A stretch of 61,908 bases of DNA from assembly GCA_043807015.1 (NCBI GenBank), contig JAZDGJ010000047.1, positions 1 to 61,908 on the forward strand, written 5' to 3'. The notes below the pieces were generated by a model. It searched no databases. It was not told the DNA's origin and worked only from the letters and a program-made list of their open reading frames with translations. The first letter of the stretch is position 1; the number at the start of each line of letters is the position of its first letter. This DNA is from Candidatus Woesearchaeota archaeon. Lineage in GTDB: Archaea > Nanobdellota > Nanobdellia > Woesearchaeales > UBA10216. Below are positions 7,918 to 18,281 of the stretch, piece by piece. Both the position numbers and the translations under genes were made by a program.

Positions 7918-10646
7918 AAGCCCTCTTCTATGCAGTCATTCTGCTGGCAATGCTGCCAATTGCGCAGGCGGCTGTAACTCTTGTAAGCCCTGATGCTGAT
8001 TATGTCACGTCATCTTCCTCCACAAGCTTCGTCTTTACCTCAAGCGAAGAGGCAAACTGCACTCTTTCAGTTGGCTCGGCAAATTATGCAGCCAATGCAG
8101 GTGCCAATACTCCTGTTACAATCACAAAAACATTCAATGAAGGGGCATACAGCTGGGCTGTCTACTGCACAGCAAACGGCTCCCAGTCTTCCTCAGAGAC
8201 AAGGCTTATGATTGTTGACCTCACAGCGCCCGACGTGAAGTTATCCACCCCGAATTCATTGTTCAGCACGGGCGCTGTGGAGCTTTCATACCTGCCTGAA
8301 GACCTGACGCTTAAGAACTGCAGCCTGCTTCTGAATATTTCCGGCTTTTTAAGCCCTGTGAAGGCAAACCTAAGCCCCCAGTCTTCAAAGAATAACGTAT
8401 TCAAGATTGACCTGCCTGACAACTCCTTCCTCTGGAATGTGCTATGTTGGGATAATGCAGGGCACACAGGGCAGGCGCTTTTCAGCAGGGTAATAACTGT
8501 TGACACAACTCCTCCTTCAGCAACAGTGACAAGTCCCGTATCTATGCTGACAAGCCCGAATGCGCTGCTGGAAGTGAAAACTTCTGAAAAGGCTGAGTGC
8601 AGGTATGCGGCAGCAGCAAATTACTCTTCAATGGACCTGTTTGGAATAACAGGAGATATTGTGCACCAGCAGATGCTTGCTGGTTTGGGAGAGGGCTCAT
8701 ATACGTATTATGTGATATGCCAGGACTATACAGGCAACAAGATGGCTGCCCAAGCTGTGAGAATAGATATCCACCTGCCGCCTACGGCGAGAATCACTTT
8801 GGGAGACCAAATTGCAAAAGCAGGAATAGCAAATGTCACGCTTACAACTTCAAAGCCCCTGAGTTCAGTGCCGACTCTTTCATACAATGCAGGACTTGGT
8901 GAGATTCCTGTCTCGCTGGCAGGCTCTGGAACAGCCTGGAGCGGCAATATCCTTGTGACGCAGGACATAGGACAAAGGGTGGCAGTTTTCTATTTCAAGG
9001 GAGTTGACCAATATGGATATGCGGGCACATCAATTACTGCGGGGCAGAGTTTCATAATAGACACAATACCACCCGGAGTGCCATCAGACCTGAAGGTGCA
9101 GGCTAACAATTACTCCATAAGGATTGACTGGTATCTTGGAGAGAATGACATTGACCACTTTAATGTTTACCGGGCGAAGGCAACGCCAGTCAGCTACCTT
9201 GACCTTTATGCCTCATCCGGGGCGCAAAGCTTTGCTGACACTGCCGTTGATGAGAAAGTTACATACTACTACAGAATAGCTGCCGTGGACAAGGCAGGCA
9301 ATATAGGGCTTATGTCTTCAGAGATATATGCGACTGCAGAGAGCAAGGAAAGCAGCAACAAGACTTCCCAGCCTGAAGTCAAGCCGCTGCAGCCGCAGTT
9401 AATGGTTGAGGCGAATGATGCCCTCAAAACTGTGCAGAGCATTGAGCTCAGCATTGAAATGTCCCAGCAGACTCTCGGCGCGCTAACTGGCGATGCCAAG
9501 GAAATTGCATCACAGCTTGTGCTGGTTGAATCAGCTGCATCTGCACTCAGCAGGATTGGCGAGCTGAAAGCCCAGCTTGAAAGCCTGAAGAACCAGTATG
9601 CTGACGAGGCAGAATTCCACAAGGTTGTCAGCAGCATAAGGGATGAAGCCACAACACTTGAGCACAGCACTGTTAAAGAAGTAAAAATCATTGAGCACTA
9701 TGAAAACATAAACATTGTCTCCAAAGACCAGATACTAAAAGCCCTGTTAAAAACAACCGAAAGCATTGAAATCAAGGAAAAGCAAAGGGCTCAATTTGCA
9801 GAAACTGACGAGCGCGAGCTTCAGGACCTTCAGATTACCACAAAGCTGAACTCAGTAAAGCTTGTATATGCCGACGGGATTTTCCAGGAAATCTCAGTCA
9901 TCACCCACTCATTCATATACCTGGGCACAGAGCCGGCACAGGACTCGATAATTGTTGTGTTCATGCCGAAAAGCGTGGCAAACAGCTCAACACAGCTGAA
10001 TTATTTTGATAATCCGCCGGAAGTCCTTGAGGATGACCCAGTGCTGAAATGGGGCTTCCTCAGCATGGGTCCTGAAGCGCAGCAAATTTCATACTCGCTG
10101 AACAAAAAGCTGGGCTCTGACGACATAAACCAGCTTGAAGTGGTGCCTCTCCTTAACATAAACAAGATTGCCACAGCAGAAACGCCAACAGGGTTTGCAA
10201 TAGCTGACGTTGCAGGCGGAATGAACTTCTGGTTCCTGCTGACAGGAGTGCTTGTTGTCGCAGCCCTGGCAGGATATTACTTCATGACATCGCCAAGGGA
10301 TAGATCGCAGAGAAAAGAAAGTGTCCCTGACCCCTTGTCGTCAGAAATGCTCACAACACTTGATGCAAAGCTCTCCACAATGCAGTTTGAGATAGATGAG
10401 AAAATCTATCCGCTGATAATATCCATCAAGAATTCCACAAAAACAGGCCAGGACCTAAGCTCAGAAGAGACTATAAGGTCCCTTGTTGAAATTGCAAACC
10501 ACTACCTCACAATCGGGCAGCCGGCAAAGGCGCAATTGCTTTACAGTTCTATCCAGCTGCTCTACCAATCGCTAACAAAAGAACAAAAGGCAATGCTTGG
10601 AAGCATATGTATAGATTTGCATATGCGGCTGAAGAAAAACCAGTGA
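7914..10646 (+). CDS. Large surface protein: Ig-like repeats, FN3 domain, coiled coil, single TM and cytoplasmic tail
   Basis: Signal peptide ending in PIAQA. Repeated modules are bounded by D-(L/T)T-(A/P)P and carry C.D.(A/T)GN motifs. An FN3-like stretch reads PPGVPSDLKV...YYYRIAAVDKAGN. The TM segment is FWFLLTGVLVVAALAGYYFM. Confidence 0.8.
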   Translation: MKALFYAVILLAMLPIAQAAVTLVSPDADYVTSSSSTSFVFTSSEEANCTLSVGSANYAANAGANTPVTITKTFNEGAYSWAVYCTANGSQSSSETRLMIVDLTAPDVKLSTPNSLFSTGAVELSYLPEDLTLKNCSLLLNISGFLSPVKANLSPQSSKNNVFKIDLPDNSFLWNVLCWDNAGHTGQALFSRVITVDTTPPSATVTSPVSMLTSPNALLEVKTSEKAECRYAAAANYSSMDLFGITGDIVHQQMLAGLGEGSYTYYVICQDYTGNKMAAQAVRIDIHLPPTARITLGDQIAKAGIANVTLTTSKPLSSVPTLSYNAGLGEIPVSLAGSGTAWSGNILVTQDIGQRVAVFYFKGVDQYGYAGTSITAGQSFIIDTIPPGVPSDLKVQANNYSIRIDWYLGENDIDHFNVYRAKATPVSYLDLYASSGAQSFADTAVDEKVTYYYRIAAVDKAGNIGLMSSEIYATAESKESSNKTSQPEVKPLQPQLMVEANDALKTVQSIELSIEMSQQTLGALTGDAKEIASQLVLVESAASALSRIGELKAQLESLKNQYADEAEFHKVVSSIRDEATTLEHSTVKEVKIIEHYENINIVSKDQILKALLKTTESIEIKEKQRAQFAETDERELQDLQITTKLNSVKLVYADGIFQEISVITHSFIYLGTEPAQDSIIVVFMPKSVANSSTQLNYFDNPPEVLEDDPVLKWGFLSMGPEAQQISYSLNKKLGSDDINQLEVVPLLNINKIATAETPTGFAIADVAGGMNFWFLLTGVLVVAALAGYYFMTSPRDRSQRKESVPDPLSSEMLTTLDAKLSTMQFEIDEKIYPLIISIKNSTKTGQDLSSEETIRSLVEIANHYLTIGQPAKAQLLYSSIQLLYQSLTKEQKAMLGSICIDLHMRLKKNQ

Positions 10647-13393
10647 AGCAGGGCAAGTGGTATTATCTGCTGCTTGCGGCTGTAATAATAGCCGCTTTCA
10701 TAGTGCAAGCCATCTCGCTTTGGGAAAGCAGCGGGGAGAAGGAAGCTGAAGAAATTGTGCATGCTGCTGAAAAACTCATCCTGGCAGCCAACACAAACAA
10801 GTCAATATTCCTGCCAGGAGAAGATGCGGGAATTGCGATAGCTGTTTTGGATGAGAAAGGCAACATGGTATGCAACGCAGATGTTACCCTTGCCATAACC
10901 AGTCCATCCGGGGATACTACAATCTTTTCAACATCTGACGGCGGCATTAAGGTGTCTCCTGAATGCACAACATATGGCGTAACCGTATTGCCAGACTACT
11001 ATACGACTTATCGTAGTGGCAGCGACGGAACGTACACCATGAACCTGACTGCCATTACTCCAAATGGCATAAGCAGCATAACGGATAACTTTACGGTGCA
11101 GCCTTCAGTTGCCTTTGACGTTGCAAGAAATGCCCCGACAAGAATTTATCCTGTGATTTCGCACAACATGACAATCTCAATCAAGGCTAGCAGGGACTAC
11201 AAAGGCGCCATAACAGAACAAGTCCCGTCTGATTTTGAAATTTCCAGCCAAAAAGGGCTCAATGTAACATCAGAAGGCATCACAAAAATCCTGACGTGGG
11301 AAACTGAGATGAAGGCAGGACGCAGATATACCTTCAGTTATGAGTTCAGGGCGCCTGAGGCAAGCCCTGCACTCTACGAGCTTGGTCCTTTCAGAATCGG
11401 AAACTGGTCTGAAGCAAGAAGATGGCAGATAGCAAGCGATATCTTTGCTGCAGGAGAGAATGAAGTCACATTCCTCAGGGCTCAGGGGTGCATGCTGGAA
11501 GCCGCAACAACAGCTGCCCAGAGATTTTCATCATTATGCGCAGGCACTTATCCTGGAAACTGCCCAACAGACAGATTGTCATGCAACGATGCAACTTTTG
11601 AATCAGCAAGCCCAGGCAACAACAGGTGGGCAGGAGTGAACATTACTTCCTTCAACAGCACAATAACTGACTGCGCATCAGTAACATCTGTCAGGTTGTG
11701 CCACAACTGGACTATTAATACAGCCTCAACCTATGGAAACTGCCGCGTAGGCACAGACGTTGCAGGAGACGGGACGTATAATACAACGACAGTTGCCTGC
11801 CCGACAACAACATCCAATGCATTGGTGTGCACTGACGTAACATCCTCCGAGGTATCATGGACCTGCCAGCACTTCTTTGGCATAGCTGCTCCTGCAGCCT
11901 GGGCTATGATTGAAGCACAAAGAACCCAATCAGGGGCAGGGCACACGATAAGGTTTGATGTGCTTTACTTCAACGTTACATATACTCCTAACGTGCCGCC
12001 AAACAACACCATAATTTTTCCGGCAGGCGGCAACTTCTCAGGGAGATTCTTGGTGAATGCGTCAGTCAATAGCTCAACAGGAACAGTAGTGAAGGTCAAC
12101 CTCACCATTTCCAACAACACAGGCAACGCTACATGGCTTATACCGATGAGCCTTGGCGCAGGCACTGCAACAACAGGCTGGTGGAATGCGACATTTGATT
12201 CAACAGCACTGCCGGATGGGTTCTATAACCTCAGCGTAAACGCAACAAACAGCGCAGGACTTACAAACATCAGCCAGAACATAACGATAAGGATAGACAA
12301 CACAAAGGCAAATGTTACGGCTATTGTGCCTCTAAACAAATCAAACCTCACAGGCAGCATACTCATCAACGCTTCAATAAATGACTCTGGCTCAGCAGTC
12401 TTTAATGCGACTTTCAGGCTTATGAACAGGACTTATGCAACGGCATGGCTATTTGCAACGAGAGGCGCAGGCACAATCTCTATTGGCTGGTGGAACACAA
12501 CATTCAACTCCTTCCAGCTTGCTGACGGCAGATACAACATAACTCTTAATGCAACTGATTTTGCAGGAAACCAGCAGCTGCTCAACATAAGCGAAATCAA
12601 CATTGACAACGGAGGCCCGATAATTAGGAATGTCTCCATGCTGAACAGCATCTACCTTGTGCCGGGAGATGTTTCATTTGTTGAATGCAACGCAACAGTT
12701 GAAGATGACAACGGTCCTGACTACATATACCTGGTAAATGCAACCTTTTACGACTCTGCCAAAAGCTTTAACTCTGCTAATGACAGGAACGACCACTACG
12801 AAAATGTCAGCTGCTCAATCATTGCAGGGCAGGCATCAAATAACCAGCAGAACTACACCTGCGGATTCAATGTATATTACTACGCCAATAATGCAACATG
12901 GGTTTGCAACGTCACGGCAACATCATCCGTCACATTCAACAGGACAAACAGCTCTGTTAATCTGACTCTCGTGAACGAGCTTTTAGCCATTGCCGTAAAT
13001 AAAAGCGAGATTGATTACGGAAACATAACAGTTATGGGCACCTCTCTTGAGCATGCTGTTAACGTGAGCAACTTCGGTAATGTGCCTATAAACGTAAGCG
13101 TCAAAGGCTTTGGGTGGGATAATGAAACATGTGGCGAAAACTGGGCGATGATGTGCGAGGGAAATAACATCTCAATAGGATACGAAAGGTTCTCCAATGT
13201 GTCAGGCATGGAGTGGCAGTATATGACAAACCTGTCAAGCTCATTTAAGCCCGTCAATATCACGCTTTGGCAGAAGCAGGATGATAATAATCCAGGCAAC
13301 GACACAAACTCGACATACTGGCGTCTCAGAGTGCCCCTTGGCATATTTGGGCTTTGCAATGGCACCATAACTTTTGCGGGGGTGCTTGGATGA
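10607..13393 (+). CDS. Large sequon-rich surface protein ending in a family-B module
   Basis: N-terminal anchor YYLLLAAVIIAAFIV. Ig-like modules carry NATNSAGL and NATDFAGN motifs. The C-terminal ~300 aa are collinear with 171..1187 (..YGNITV..VNVSNFGNVPINVSV.. and ..TYWRLRVPLGIFGLCNGT). The start is uncertain: a GTG at 10643 would give a GTGA overlap with the upstream stop. Confidence 0.8.
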   Translation: MYRFAYAAEEKPVKQGKWYYLLLAAVIIAAFIVQAISLWESSGEKEAEEIVHAAEKLILAANTNKSIFLPGEDAGIAIAVLDEKGNMVCNADVTLAITSPSGDTTIFSTSDGGIKVSPECTTYGVTVLPDYYTTYRSGSDGTYTMNLTAITPNGISSITDNFTVQPSVAFDVARNAPTRIYPVISHNMTISIKASRDYKGAITEQVPSDFEISSQKGLNVTSEGITKILTWETEMKAGRRYTFSYEFRAPEASPALYELGPFRIGNWSEARRWQIASDIFAAGENEVTFLRAQGCMLEAATTAAQRFSSLCAGTYPGNCPTDRLSCNDATFESASPGNNRWAGVNITSFNSTITDCASVTSVRLCHNWTINTASTYGNCRVGTDVAGDGTYNTTTVACPTTTSNALVCTDVTSSEVSWTCQHFFGIAAPAAWAMIEAQRTQSGAGHTIRFDVLYFNVTYTPNVPPNNTIIFPAGGNFSGRFLVNASVNSSTGTVVKVNLTISNNTGNATWLIPMSLGAGTATTGWWNATFDSTALPDGFYNLSVNATNSAGLTNISQNITIRIDNTKANVTAIVPLNKSNLTGSILINASINDSGSAVFNATFRLMNRTYATAWLFATRGAGTISIGWWNTTFNSFQLADGRYNITLNATDFAGNQQLLNISEINIDNGGPIIRNVSMLNSIYLVPGDVSFVECNATVEDDNGPDYIYLVNATFYDSAKSFNSANDRNDHYENVSCSIIAGQASNNQQNYTCGFNVYYYANNATWVCNVTATSSVTFNRTNSSVNLTLVNELLAIAVNKSEIDYGNITVMGTSLEHAVNVSNFGNVPINVSVKGFGWDNETCGENWAMMCEGNNISIGYERFSNVSGMEWQYMTNLSSSFKPVNITLWQKQDDNNPGNDTNSTYWRLRVPLGIFGLCNGTITFAGVLG

Positions 13394-14325
13394 AGAAATT
13401 ACTGCTTTCCGCATTGCTGATCCTTGTGCTTGCAACGAGTTCTCAGGCTTACATCTACGAGCTAAACCACCAGTGCGAAAACAGCTGCCTTCAGGAGACT
13501 GGAGTTATCTTTAACCTTACCCTTGACCCTGGGAAATGGAAAGACACAATGGAACTTCAGATGATACAGATTGTTGACGCAAAAAAAGGCACGCTGATCG
13601 CGCTATACAATAAAAGCACCTCGGTCTCGTCAAAAAAGAGCTTTTACATCAATGAAACGCTGCCAAAATACGACGGCAATCTGCTCATTAATGTCTCGCC
13701 CTGCTTTACAACAAGAGTCCCTCCAGTTGACAGGATGGTTGAGGATGTCTTTATCGCAACTGAGCTGACGTATTGCGAAAAAAACAACCACACAATCCCG
13801 CTGCTTGAGTGCTTATACTCGGGAAACTGTGATGAAAACAGTTTATGCATTAACAACACCTGCGCAGAGCTGGAATGCGGTGAATGCCAACACGTCTTTG
13901 ACCACAGATGCATCAGCTACCAGTGCTGTGGGAATGAAACCTGCAAAACGGCTCAGGAATGCCTGAACAACACCTGCATCGGCATTGGATGCGCAGAAAA
14001 AGAATTCGCAGAAAACCACACCTGCATAAAGCTTGCCTGCGCCGCAGGCGAATATGTGGCAAACCATTCCTGCATTAAAGTCCAGGCTGCTGCGGGCAGA
14101 ACTGCCAGCAGCACTGTGGACAAAGAAATTGCCCAAGCCAAGACTGCAGCTTTCTCGCAAAAATGGCTTGCCCGGATTGTGGAATTTCCGAAACGCATCA
14201 ATTCTGCCGTCGTATACAGGGTGCTTGAGGTGTTTGCTTTTGGGGTAATTGTGTTCCTGATTCTCAGGCTTTTGGAAGCAAAAACAAAAATCTTTATAAA
14301 ACTGACAAACAGAGGGCAAAAATGA
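13390..14325 (+). CDS. Cys-rich surface protein with a C-terminal TM anchor
   Basis: ATGA overlap with the upstream gene and the signal MKKLLLSALLILVLATSSQA. Repeats of the N-x-(T/S)-C type are present: INNTCAELEC, LNNTCIGIGC, ENHTCIKLAC and ANHSCIKV. The C-terminal TM segment is VFAFGVIVFLILRLL. Confidence 0.7.
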   Translation: MKKLLLSALLILVLATSSQAYIYELNHQCENSCLQETGVIFNLTLDPGKWKDTMELQMIQIVDAKKGTLIALYNKSTSVSSKKSFYINETLPKYDGNLLINVSPCFTTRVPPVDRMVEDVFIATELTYCEKNNHTIPLLECLYSGNCDENSLCINNTCAELECGECQHVFDHRCISYQCCGNETCKTAQECLNNTCIGIGCAEKEFAENHTCIKLACAAGEYVANHSCIKVQAAAGRTASSTVDKEIAQAKTAAFSQKWLARIVEFPKRINSAVVYRVLEVFAFGVIVFLILRLLEAKTKIFIKLTNRGQK

Positions 14326-15500
14326 GCTTCATGCAAAAAATATATTTGATGGTGGTCTGCATCTTCATCTCAATAGCCACAGCACAGAGTGGGCTTGCGG
14401 CGTCAATAGGTGCATCGCCTGCAAGCATTAGTTTTGGAAACGTCCTGAGGAACGGCTATGCAGAGTCCCAGTTGTTTGTCAGCACAGGGGCTTCTGAAAT
14501 AGTCTACGGGCACTTTGAGGTAAATGGCGAAGTTGAAGGCTGGATAAGCTTCAGACCCAACACCACAAATTTTAATGTCACGATGAACCAGCCAAGGATG
14601 GTCACTGTGATTGTAACCCCGCCATCTGATGTCCCTATTGGCTCTTACTCGGGCTCGCTCACAATATCAGGCGACACCCTGGGAGATATCTCAGGCAGGG
14701 CTGGCAGCGTAATAAGGACATCAATCATCCTCCCTATAACAGTCTCTCTGACAGGGAGGCAGCAGCGCGGCTGCACTGCCGGCGCCTTTGATTTTGAGGA
14801 TGTGGAAGAGGGCTCTCCGCTTGTAATGTGGTCAACCGTCAGGAACACGGGCAATATCAGAATATCTCCGCTGATAAAGCTGTCCATCTGGGACAACCTC
14901 AAGGAAAAAGTTGTCATGACAACAGAGCTTCGCGCCAAGGAAGTCCTGCCAACAGTGACTGGGCGCTCATTTGTGACAATTGAGCACAGCCTTCCGATAG
15001 GGCAGTATTGGGTTGAGGCGTCAATGCCTGAATGCAACTTTGAAACCCTGCTCACATTCAGCGTTATCCAGAAAGGAGGAATATCGGATAAGGGCGAGCT
15101 TACAGAGCTTAAGACACCAAGCACAGCACTTGTTGGAGAAACTGTGCCAATAACGGCGCTTTTTTACAACAAAGGCGCAACTCTAGTCACCGCCCAGTTC
15201 AAGGGCGCTATTAAAAAAGGCGGCAGGACAATAGGGCTTGTAAATTCAGACGCTGTTGAGGTCTCTGCAGGGCAGGTTGAAAGGCTTCTCGCTTACTTCA
15301 CTCCAAATGAACAGGGCGAATACACTGTGACAGGAAGGGCGCTATACAACAACAAATACACCTATGAGAAAAGCGCAAAATTCAAGGTGATTGGCGAAAA
15401 AGCAGCTTACACTCCGCTGCCCCTCCTGATTTATCTCATCTTTGTTGCAGCAGCAGTATTCTTCATAAGGAAGATAAGGCAACGAAAGCGTCAGAAATGA
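14322..15500 (+). CDS. Ig-like (PapD/ASH-like) surface protein with a C-terminal TM anchor and a basic tail
   Basis: ATGA overlap and a signal peptide. ASPASISFGNVLRNGYAES resembles the first strand of PapD/ASH-type domains. The C-terminus is PLPLLIYLIFVAAAVFFIRKIRQRKRQK. Confidence 0.75.
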   Translation: MSFMQKIYLMVVCIFISIATAQSGLAASIGASPASISFGNVLRNGYAESQLFVSTGASEIVYGHFEVNGEVEGWISFRPNTTNFNVTMNQPRMVTVIVTPPSDVPIGSYSGSLTISGDTLGDISGRAGSVIRTSIILPITVSLTGRQQRGCTAGAFDFEDVEEGSPLVMWSTVRNTGNIRISPLIKLSIWDNLKEKVVMTTELRAKEVLPTVTGRSFVTIEHSLPIGQYWVEASMPECNFETLLTFSVIQKGGISDKGELTELKTPSTALVGETVPITALFYNKGATLVTAQFKGAIKKGGRTIGLVNSDAVEVSAGQVERLLAYFTPNEQGEYTVTGRALYNNKYTYEKSAKFKVIGEKAAYTPLPLLIYLIFVAAAVFFIRKIRQRKRQK

Positions 15501-16297
15501 TAGCTTAACCTTTCTTTTATTTTTGCAATTTTGTTGTAGACCTTTCCCTTTTCCCTGCTTGTGAGGTTTGCGTAGAATTTCCTGATTTTCTCATATTCCT
15601 GCCTTGCCTTTACAATCATGCCGCGCTCAATGAAGTCATCGGCCCTTCTCAGGCAGGCTTCAACTTCCTTCATGCTGTGGTGCGTTATCTGGGAGCTCAC
15701 TTCATGATGCTTCATGTGGGCATGCCTGAGCTTTTCATCAACCTGCCGGAGCTCATGCTCTTTGACGCGCAAGACATCTGTCAGCTTTGTAGCCCTCAAA
15801 TACGCGCTTTCAAACTGGTGGTGCATGTCCTCAAGCGCCTTCTTTGAGTGGGAAATTTCAACCCTCAAATGCGCCTCTTCTTTATGCAGGCGCTCAAGCA
15901 GGGCCTGCTCCTTTTCCACATGCTTTTCTGCAACAGCTTTTTCCTTTTCCAGCTCGTCGCACTCCCTTTCAAGCTGCTTTTTGAGCAGCAGAAGGTCGCT
16001 GTTTAACCTTTCAAGCTTTTTCATCTCCTGCTCTTTGGTTTTCAGGCGCTCTTCCTTTCCCTTGAGCTCAGACAGCTTTTTTTCATACTCCTGCCTGAGA
16101 ATCACAACCTTTTCCTCATGGAGCTTAAGGGTTTCCTCCCTCTCCTTCAGCATTCCATCAAGAACATTAAGCGCATCCTTCTCAATTTTCATTTTCTGCT
16201 TGAGCTGCTCCTCCTTGCGGCTGAGCTTCCCAAGATTTTTGTTATGCTGGCTCTTAGAAGCGGTTAAATCCCTCTTTTTACCAAATATTACCCCCAT
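15491..16297 (-). CDS. Cytoplasmic coiled-coil protein
   Basis: About 270 aa rich in K/E/L heptads. I use the ATG at 16297 (MGVIFGKK), which lies about 25 nt downstream of TTTTTATATT on the minus strand. The track start at 16426 would run through the structured element. Confidence 0.65.
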   Translation of the reverse strand: MGVIFGKKRDLTASKSQHNKNLGKLSRKEEQLKQKMKIEKDALNVLDGMLKEREETLKLHEEKVVILRQEYEKKLSELKGKEERLKTKEQEMKKLERLNSDLLLLKKQLERECDELEKEKAVAEKHVEKEQALLERLHKEEAHLRVEISHSKKALEDMHHQFESAYLRATKLTDVLRVKEHELRQVDEKLRHAHMKHHEVSSQITHHSMKEVEACLRRADDFIERGMIVKARQEYEKIRKFYANLTSREKGKVYNKIAKIKERLSYHF

Positions 16298-16386
16298 CGC
16301 TATGCTGGCTGGCTTTACAATATAAAAACATTTGTTATACCGAAAGAATAAAGACAAGATGGTATCCTTGGTGGTAATTCCTCTCA

Positions 16387-16480
16387 AGCCGGCTCGGTGC
16401 TGTTGGCACTCATTTTTTCTCCCCACAACTTAGTTATGGGGAGGAAAAAATGACCTTGGCGTGGCCAAGGCGAGCCGGCT
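16387..16480. other. 94-nt cloverleaf-like four-way junction (candidate ncRNA or DNA cruciform)
   Basis: The closing stem is AGCCGGCTCG (16387-96) with CGAGCCGGCT (16471-80). The three hairpins are GTGC-TGTTG-GCAC (16397-409), TTTTTTCTCCCCA/TGGGGAGGAAAAAA (16413-50) and CCTTGGC-GTG-GCCAAGG (16454-70). Linkers are 0 to 3 nt. Confidence 0.6.
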
Positions 16481-16547
16481 GGGATAACTACTCTGGTACA
16501 GTAACCGCACCAAAAACTTTAAATAAAGGGAAAAGGGTGGTTAGCCC

Positions 16548-18281
16548 ATGCGTGGGTTGAAACTTGCTGCGGTATTGCTAGCTATACTGATGACGTTTGT
16601 TGTTTTTGCGCCATTATCGCTGGCTGCAGAGCCCAACACAATAGTAAGTAACTCCGCAGACTGGAAAGACGTCTACTCAGTTATGCTCTTTGCAAGCCTA
16701 ACCCAAAGGCAGGCAACATTTCTCGTAAGCGACAGGCACGCATTATTGCTGCCGGAATACCTTACTCCTGACACCCATATCTGGGTTATAAGCTCTCCAA
16801 ATAATGAATTCACAATCGGCTATGACAGCTATCTCAGGACAAGGGGATTCACAACAGAGGGGTTTGAATATGATAATGTAAACCTTGAGCTGGCAAAGCA
16901 GACGGATATGAAAAATTTCATAATTGTGGACGATTCCTACGGCTATAATTCAGTGGCTGTGGCACCTTATGCCGTTGTTTCAAAGTCCTATGTCCTCTTT
17001 GCGGATTCCACAAACATAGACCAGATAGACTCATTCCTCACAGACAGAAATCCAGACAAAGTGCTAATCTACGGGCACGTGGACAGGACTGTAAAAGATG
17101 CCCTGGCAAAATACAGCCCTGAAATAATCAACAAGGACGGCGACAGGTTTGCAAACAATGTTGAGATACTGAAGAAATACCAGGATATTGCCCATGCAAA
17201 GCAGGTCATCCTTACAAACGGCGAGTTCATAGAGCAGGAAATAATGTCTGGAAAGGAGCCTGTTATTTTCATTGGGCGCACAAATGTGCCCGATGTAACA
17301 AGGGAATACATCCAGGGAAGCGACATCAGCGTCGGGGTGCTTATTGGAAACGAGCTTGTCAGCACAGCGACATTTGTCAGAAGGGAGCTCGGCATAAGCG
17401 TCTTCGTCAAGTTTGCAAGGAGCGCAAGGAACCCTGCTGGCTCAATATCTCAGGTAGAGGCCCTTGACATGTTTTATCTTCCAACATATTCCGTTGAAAT
17501 TGTGATTGACAGCGTAAGCTACAACAAAGCTACAAGGCAGCTGGAAATTGTTTTCAGAAACACAAAAGATGTTGCAGCATACTTCAAGGGCACATACACC
17601 ATAACAAATGCCGATGGGACAAGGCAGACAGTGGGAGATGCGGAGCCAATTTTCATAGAGCCAAACTCCTACAAGACAGTTACGTATGTGGTGGACGGAT
17701 TTACTGAAAACTCTGTGATTGACGCTTACGTCATATACGGCGAGTCAAAGAATTCCCTTGAAAACGTAATCCAGGAGCAGTTCTGCATGGCTTGCAGCAA
17801 GAAATTCTCAATGATTGACGTGATTGACAACTGCCAGCTCAACCTCACATCCGTTTCATACAACCTGCCCAGAAAGCTGTTCTATGCCGAGATAGAAAAC
17901 ATCGGCCCAGTTGGCTGCTATCTTGATATAGAGCTGGTCGACGTAATGGTTGCCGCAGAGCGCGTCACATACCACCTGACTGATGTAGCATATGTTGACG
18001 CAGGGCAGTCAAAAGAGCTGAGGATAAAAGGCGCATTGGAGCAAGACGACATACAGGACAACCAGTTTGTGAACGCCAAGGTCTACTACGGGCAGAGGCA
18101 GAACGGGCTTGTGAAAATCCTTGAGGGAAGGTTCCCGCTTCTGATTATAACCCAGGCATTCAGCGCGATGACAATAATTTCCTATGCGCTTCTGGCAGTG
18201 ATAATAATCATACTGGCGCTGCTCCTATGGCTGTTTTTTGCCAAGAGGAGAAGAAAGCGCAAATCCTACGATAACCAATAA
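16548..18281 (+). CDS. Secreted protein with repeated alpha/beta modules (cell-wall-binding-repeat-2-like), Ig-like C-terminal half and a TM anchor
   Basis: Signal ending in PLSLAAEP. Recurring modules include SADWKDVYSVMLFASL.., NSVAVAPYAVVSKSYVLFADS..VLIYG and QVILTNGEF..PVIFIG. The C-terminus is LAVIIIILALLLWLFFAKRRRKRK. The domain assignment is by eye only. Confidence 0.7.
   Translation: MRGLKLAAVLLAILMTFVVFAPLSLAAEPNTIVSNSADWKDVYSVMLFASLTQRQATFLVSDRHALLLPEYLTPDTHIWVISSPNNEFTIGYDSYLRTRGFTTEGFEYDNVNLELAKQTDMKNFIIVDDSYGYNSVAVAPYAVVSKSYVLFADSTNIDQIDSFLTDRNPDKVLIYGHVDRTVKDALAKYSPEIINKDGDRFANNVEILKKYQDIAHAKQVILTNGEFIEQEIMSGKEPVIFIGRTNVPDVTREYIQGSDISVGVLIGNELVSTATFVRRELGISVFVKFARSARNPAGSISQVEALDMFYLPTYSVEIVIDSVSYNKATRQLEIVFRNTKDVAAYFKGTYTITNADGTRQTVGDAEPIFIEPNSYKTVTYVVDGFTENSVIDAYVIYGESKNSLENVIQEQFCMACSKKFSMIDVIDNCQLNLTSVSYNLPRKLFYAEIENIGPVGCYLDIELVDVMVAAERVTYHLTDVAYVDAGQSKELRIKGALEQDDIQDNQFVNAKVYYGQRQNGLVKILEGRFPLLIITQAFSAMTIISYALLAVIIIILALLLWLFFAKRRRKRKSYDNQ

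Noticed and set aside
15714-16325. 203-aa plus-strand ORF rich in Ser, Cys, Phe and Leu
   Set aside because: It is the antisense shadow of the K/E-rich coiled-coil gene, and its composition is the mirror image of AAG/GAA codons.
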